Shown here in pieces: positions 62,784-64,000 of a stretch of 64,000 nt of DNA. The DNA is from Methanobacteriota archaeon. GTDB taxonomy: Archaea; Methanobacteriota; Methanobacteria; Methanobacteriales; Methanobacteriaceae. The first letter of the stretch is position 1; every line of letters starts with the position of its first letter. Position numbers and translations under genes: made by a program. The DNA is taken from the NCBI GenBank assembly GCA_963787255.1, contig CAWBCJ010000018.1:32001-96000 (forward strand), given 5' to 3'. The notes below the pieces were generated by a model, which saw only the letters and a program-made list of their open reading frames with translations, did no database searches and had not been told where the DNA came from.

Positions 62784-63005
62784 TTAAAATTCTTCATATG
62801 AAGATGATTTTATATCCACAGTTCTTGGATTTCTTCCCATTTCAAGTATAAATTTATTAACTCTTTCCATCATGTCCACATAATCTTTTTTGGAGATTTT
62901 AAATCCTTCAATAATCACATGATCTGGCATTTTTCCATTGAGCTTTCTATATTCTATTATCTCTTCTACCATTTTTCTGTATTGTTTAAGGTTGACTCTC
63001 TCCAT
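62784..63005 (-). CDS. Small pseudomurein-binding-repeat protein
   Basis: Two repeats: YRKMVEEIIEYRKLNGKMP and YVDMMERVNKFILEMGRNP. Confidence 0.75.
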   Translation of the reverse strand: MERVNLKQYRKMVEEIIEYRKLNGKMPDHVIIEGFKISKKDYVDMMERVNKFILEMGRNPRTVDIKSSSYEEF

Positions 63006-63091
63006 TAAATCGCCATTTTCAAAGTTATTAAATATATGATTTTAATTGATTTTTCATATTATATCAATGTTTTCAATGGAATTTATCTTAT

Positions 63092-63886
63092 TTATTTTTG
63101 ATAAATATCTTGAATCTCTACTTTTGCATCTGGATCAAATGGATTTGTTCTTATCGCCAGTGAAAACAGGTAAGGATAGTTATTCATGAGATGTTCCATG
63201 TACTGTAACCATTCATAGACCAATAATGCGTATGCTCTTTCTGTATCAGTTGCAAGATGCCTATAATCGGCTTTAGGGAGATCATTTAGATCATCTCTAT
63301 TTTCAAGCTCTTCAGTTAAATGAAATACTGCCCAGAGAAGGTCTGTAAAAGTATCATGCTCCAGTAAGTTTGGGTTTGCAAGAAGACCTAACATAAAATC
63401 TCTTTTATTTATAAGGAAGGATTTTAATTCTTGAAGATAAACTAATGAATCAGGATTATCTTGTCCAATATAGACATCATAATTATAACTTTTAATTTTA
63501 TCACTAGCATCTAGGAAATCTTTTTTAGTCCAGCCATTGGTTATAATGAGTTTTTTCCTGATTTTTCCAGTCTTTGAATCAAAATCAGAAATTCCCTCTA
63601 GCAAATCTGTCCCTAATTCGCTGAAAAAGGATCCTATGACCATGTTTAATTTTTTTAGCAAGTTTCTTTTTTCTCTTTCACCTATTAGCCACTCTAAAAC
63701 AAGAACAATAATAAGAGCTTCTATAGGAATAAATGCTAAATCTATATGTAGATAAAATAAAGTGTGCTCAATATCTCCAAAAAGTAGAGCATTTGAAATG
63801 TATAGAATTGCGGCCAGTAAAATTAAAATTATACCTAAACGAACTCTCCAGCTTATATATTTTCTTAATTCCATTAACATCACCAT
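63092..63886 (-). CDS. Conserved hypothetical membrane protein
   Basis: Two N-terminal TM helices; LANPNLLEHDTFTDLLWAVFHLTEEL. Confidence 0.75.
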   Translation of the reverse strand: MVMLMELRKYISWRVRLGIILILLAAILYISNALLFGDIEHTLFYLHIDLAFIPIEALIIVLVLEWLIGEREKRNLLKKLNMVIGSFFSELGTDLLEGISDFDSKTGKIRKKLIITNGWTKKDFLDASDKIKSYNYDVYIGQDNPDSLVYLQELKSFLINKRDFMLGLLANPNLLEHDTFTDLLWAVFHLTEELENRDDLNDLPKADYRHLATDTERAYALLVYEWLQYMEHLMNNYPYLFSLAIRTNPFDPDAKVEIQDIYQK

Positions 63887-63901
63887 TTAAATAAGTTTAA
63901 A

Positions 63902-64000
63902 TCATTTTTTTCCAGTAACAATGGTTATAGGATTATTTGCAATCATCATGGTTCCTCTTTCTATGAGTTTACCTTTTGAAATAGACACATTAACAACTTC
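63902..64000 (-). CDS. cbiT: C-terminus of a CbiT-like cobalt-precorrin methyltransferase (partial)
   Basis: EVVNVSISKGKLIERGTMMIANNPITIVTGKK-stop. Confidence 0.65.
   Translation of the reverse strand, partial: EVVNVSISKGKLIERGTMMIANNPITIVTGKK

Noticed and set aside
1272-63755. Numerous antisense or overlapping ORFs in the track (e.g. 8702..9196, 12097..12558, 21543..22055, 29619..30122, 61427..62095)
   Set aside because: Shadows of well-supported genes on the opposite strand or in another frame

Overview
AT-rich archaeal chromosome segment from a pseudomurein-walled methanogen (Methanobacteriales, Methanobacterium-like). This is inferred from trpY/trpEGCFBAD, hypC, aksA/hacA, alba, tbp, pelota, cdc48, fen, MurG-like and MraY-like genes and a pseudomurein-binding-repeat protein. 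Housekeeping blocks at about 0-17.8 kb and 34-64 kb flank an accessory block (about 17.9-34 kb) of small membrane proteins, transporters and gene remnants. Main observations: (1) Seven copies of a 16-bp near-palindrome TTAATTG(T/C)ACATTTAA occur in that block, six of them 12 bp upstream of a TATA-like box. The block ends in an output-less multi-PAS sensor gene and an intact but catalytically degenerate tyrosine-recombinase gene, which suggests a recombinase-derived transcription factor regulon (alternatively a cassette system). (2) A 10-codon Trp-containing leader ORF overlaps the trpE start, and its UUU-UGG junction would place a ribosome in the TrpE frame after a +1 slip. (3) One motif promoter appears to drive a ~118-nt structured ncRNA, and another drives an mRNA whose 5' and 3' ends are perfectly complementary over 13 bp. 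Also present: a decayed RNase III gene and multi-hairpin intergenic repeats. Several genes carry single +1 frameshifts that look like assembly errors. All product calls come from motif recognition by eye; no database searches were run.
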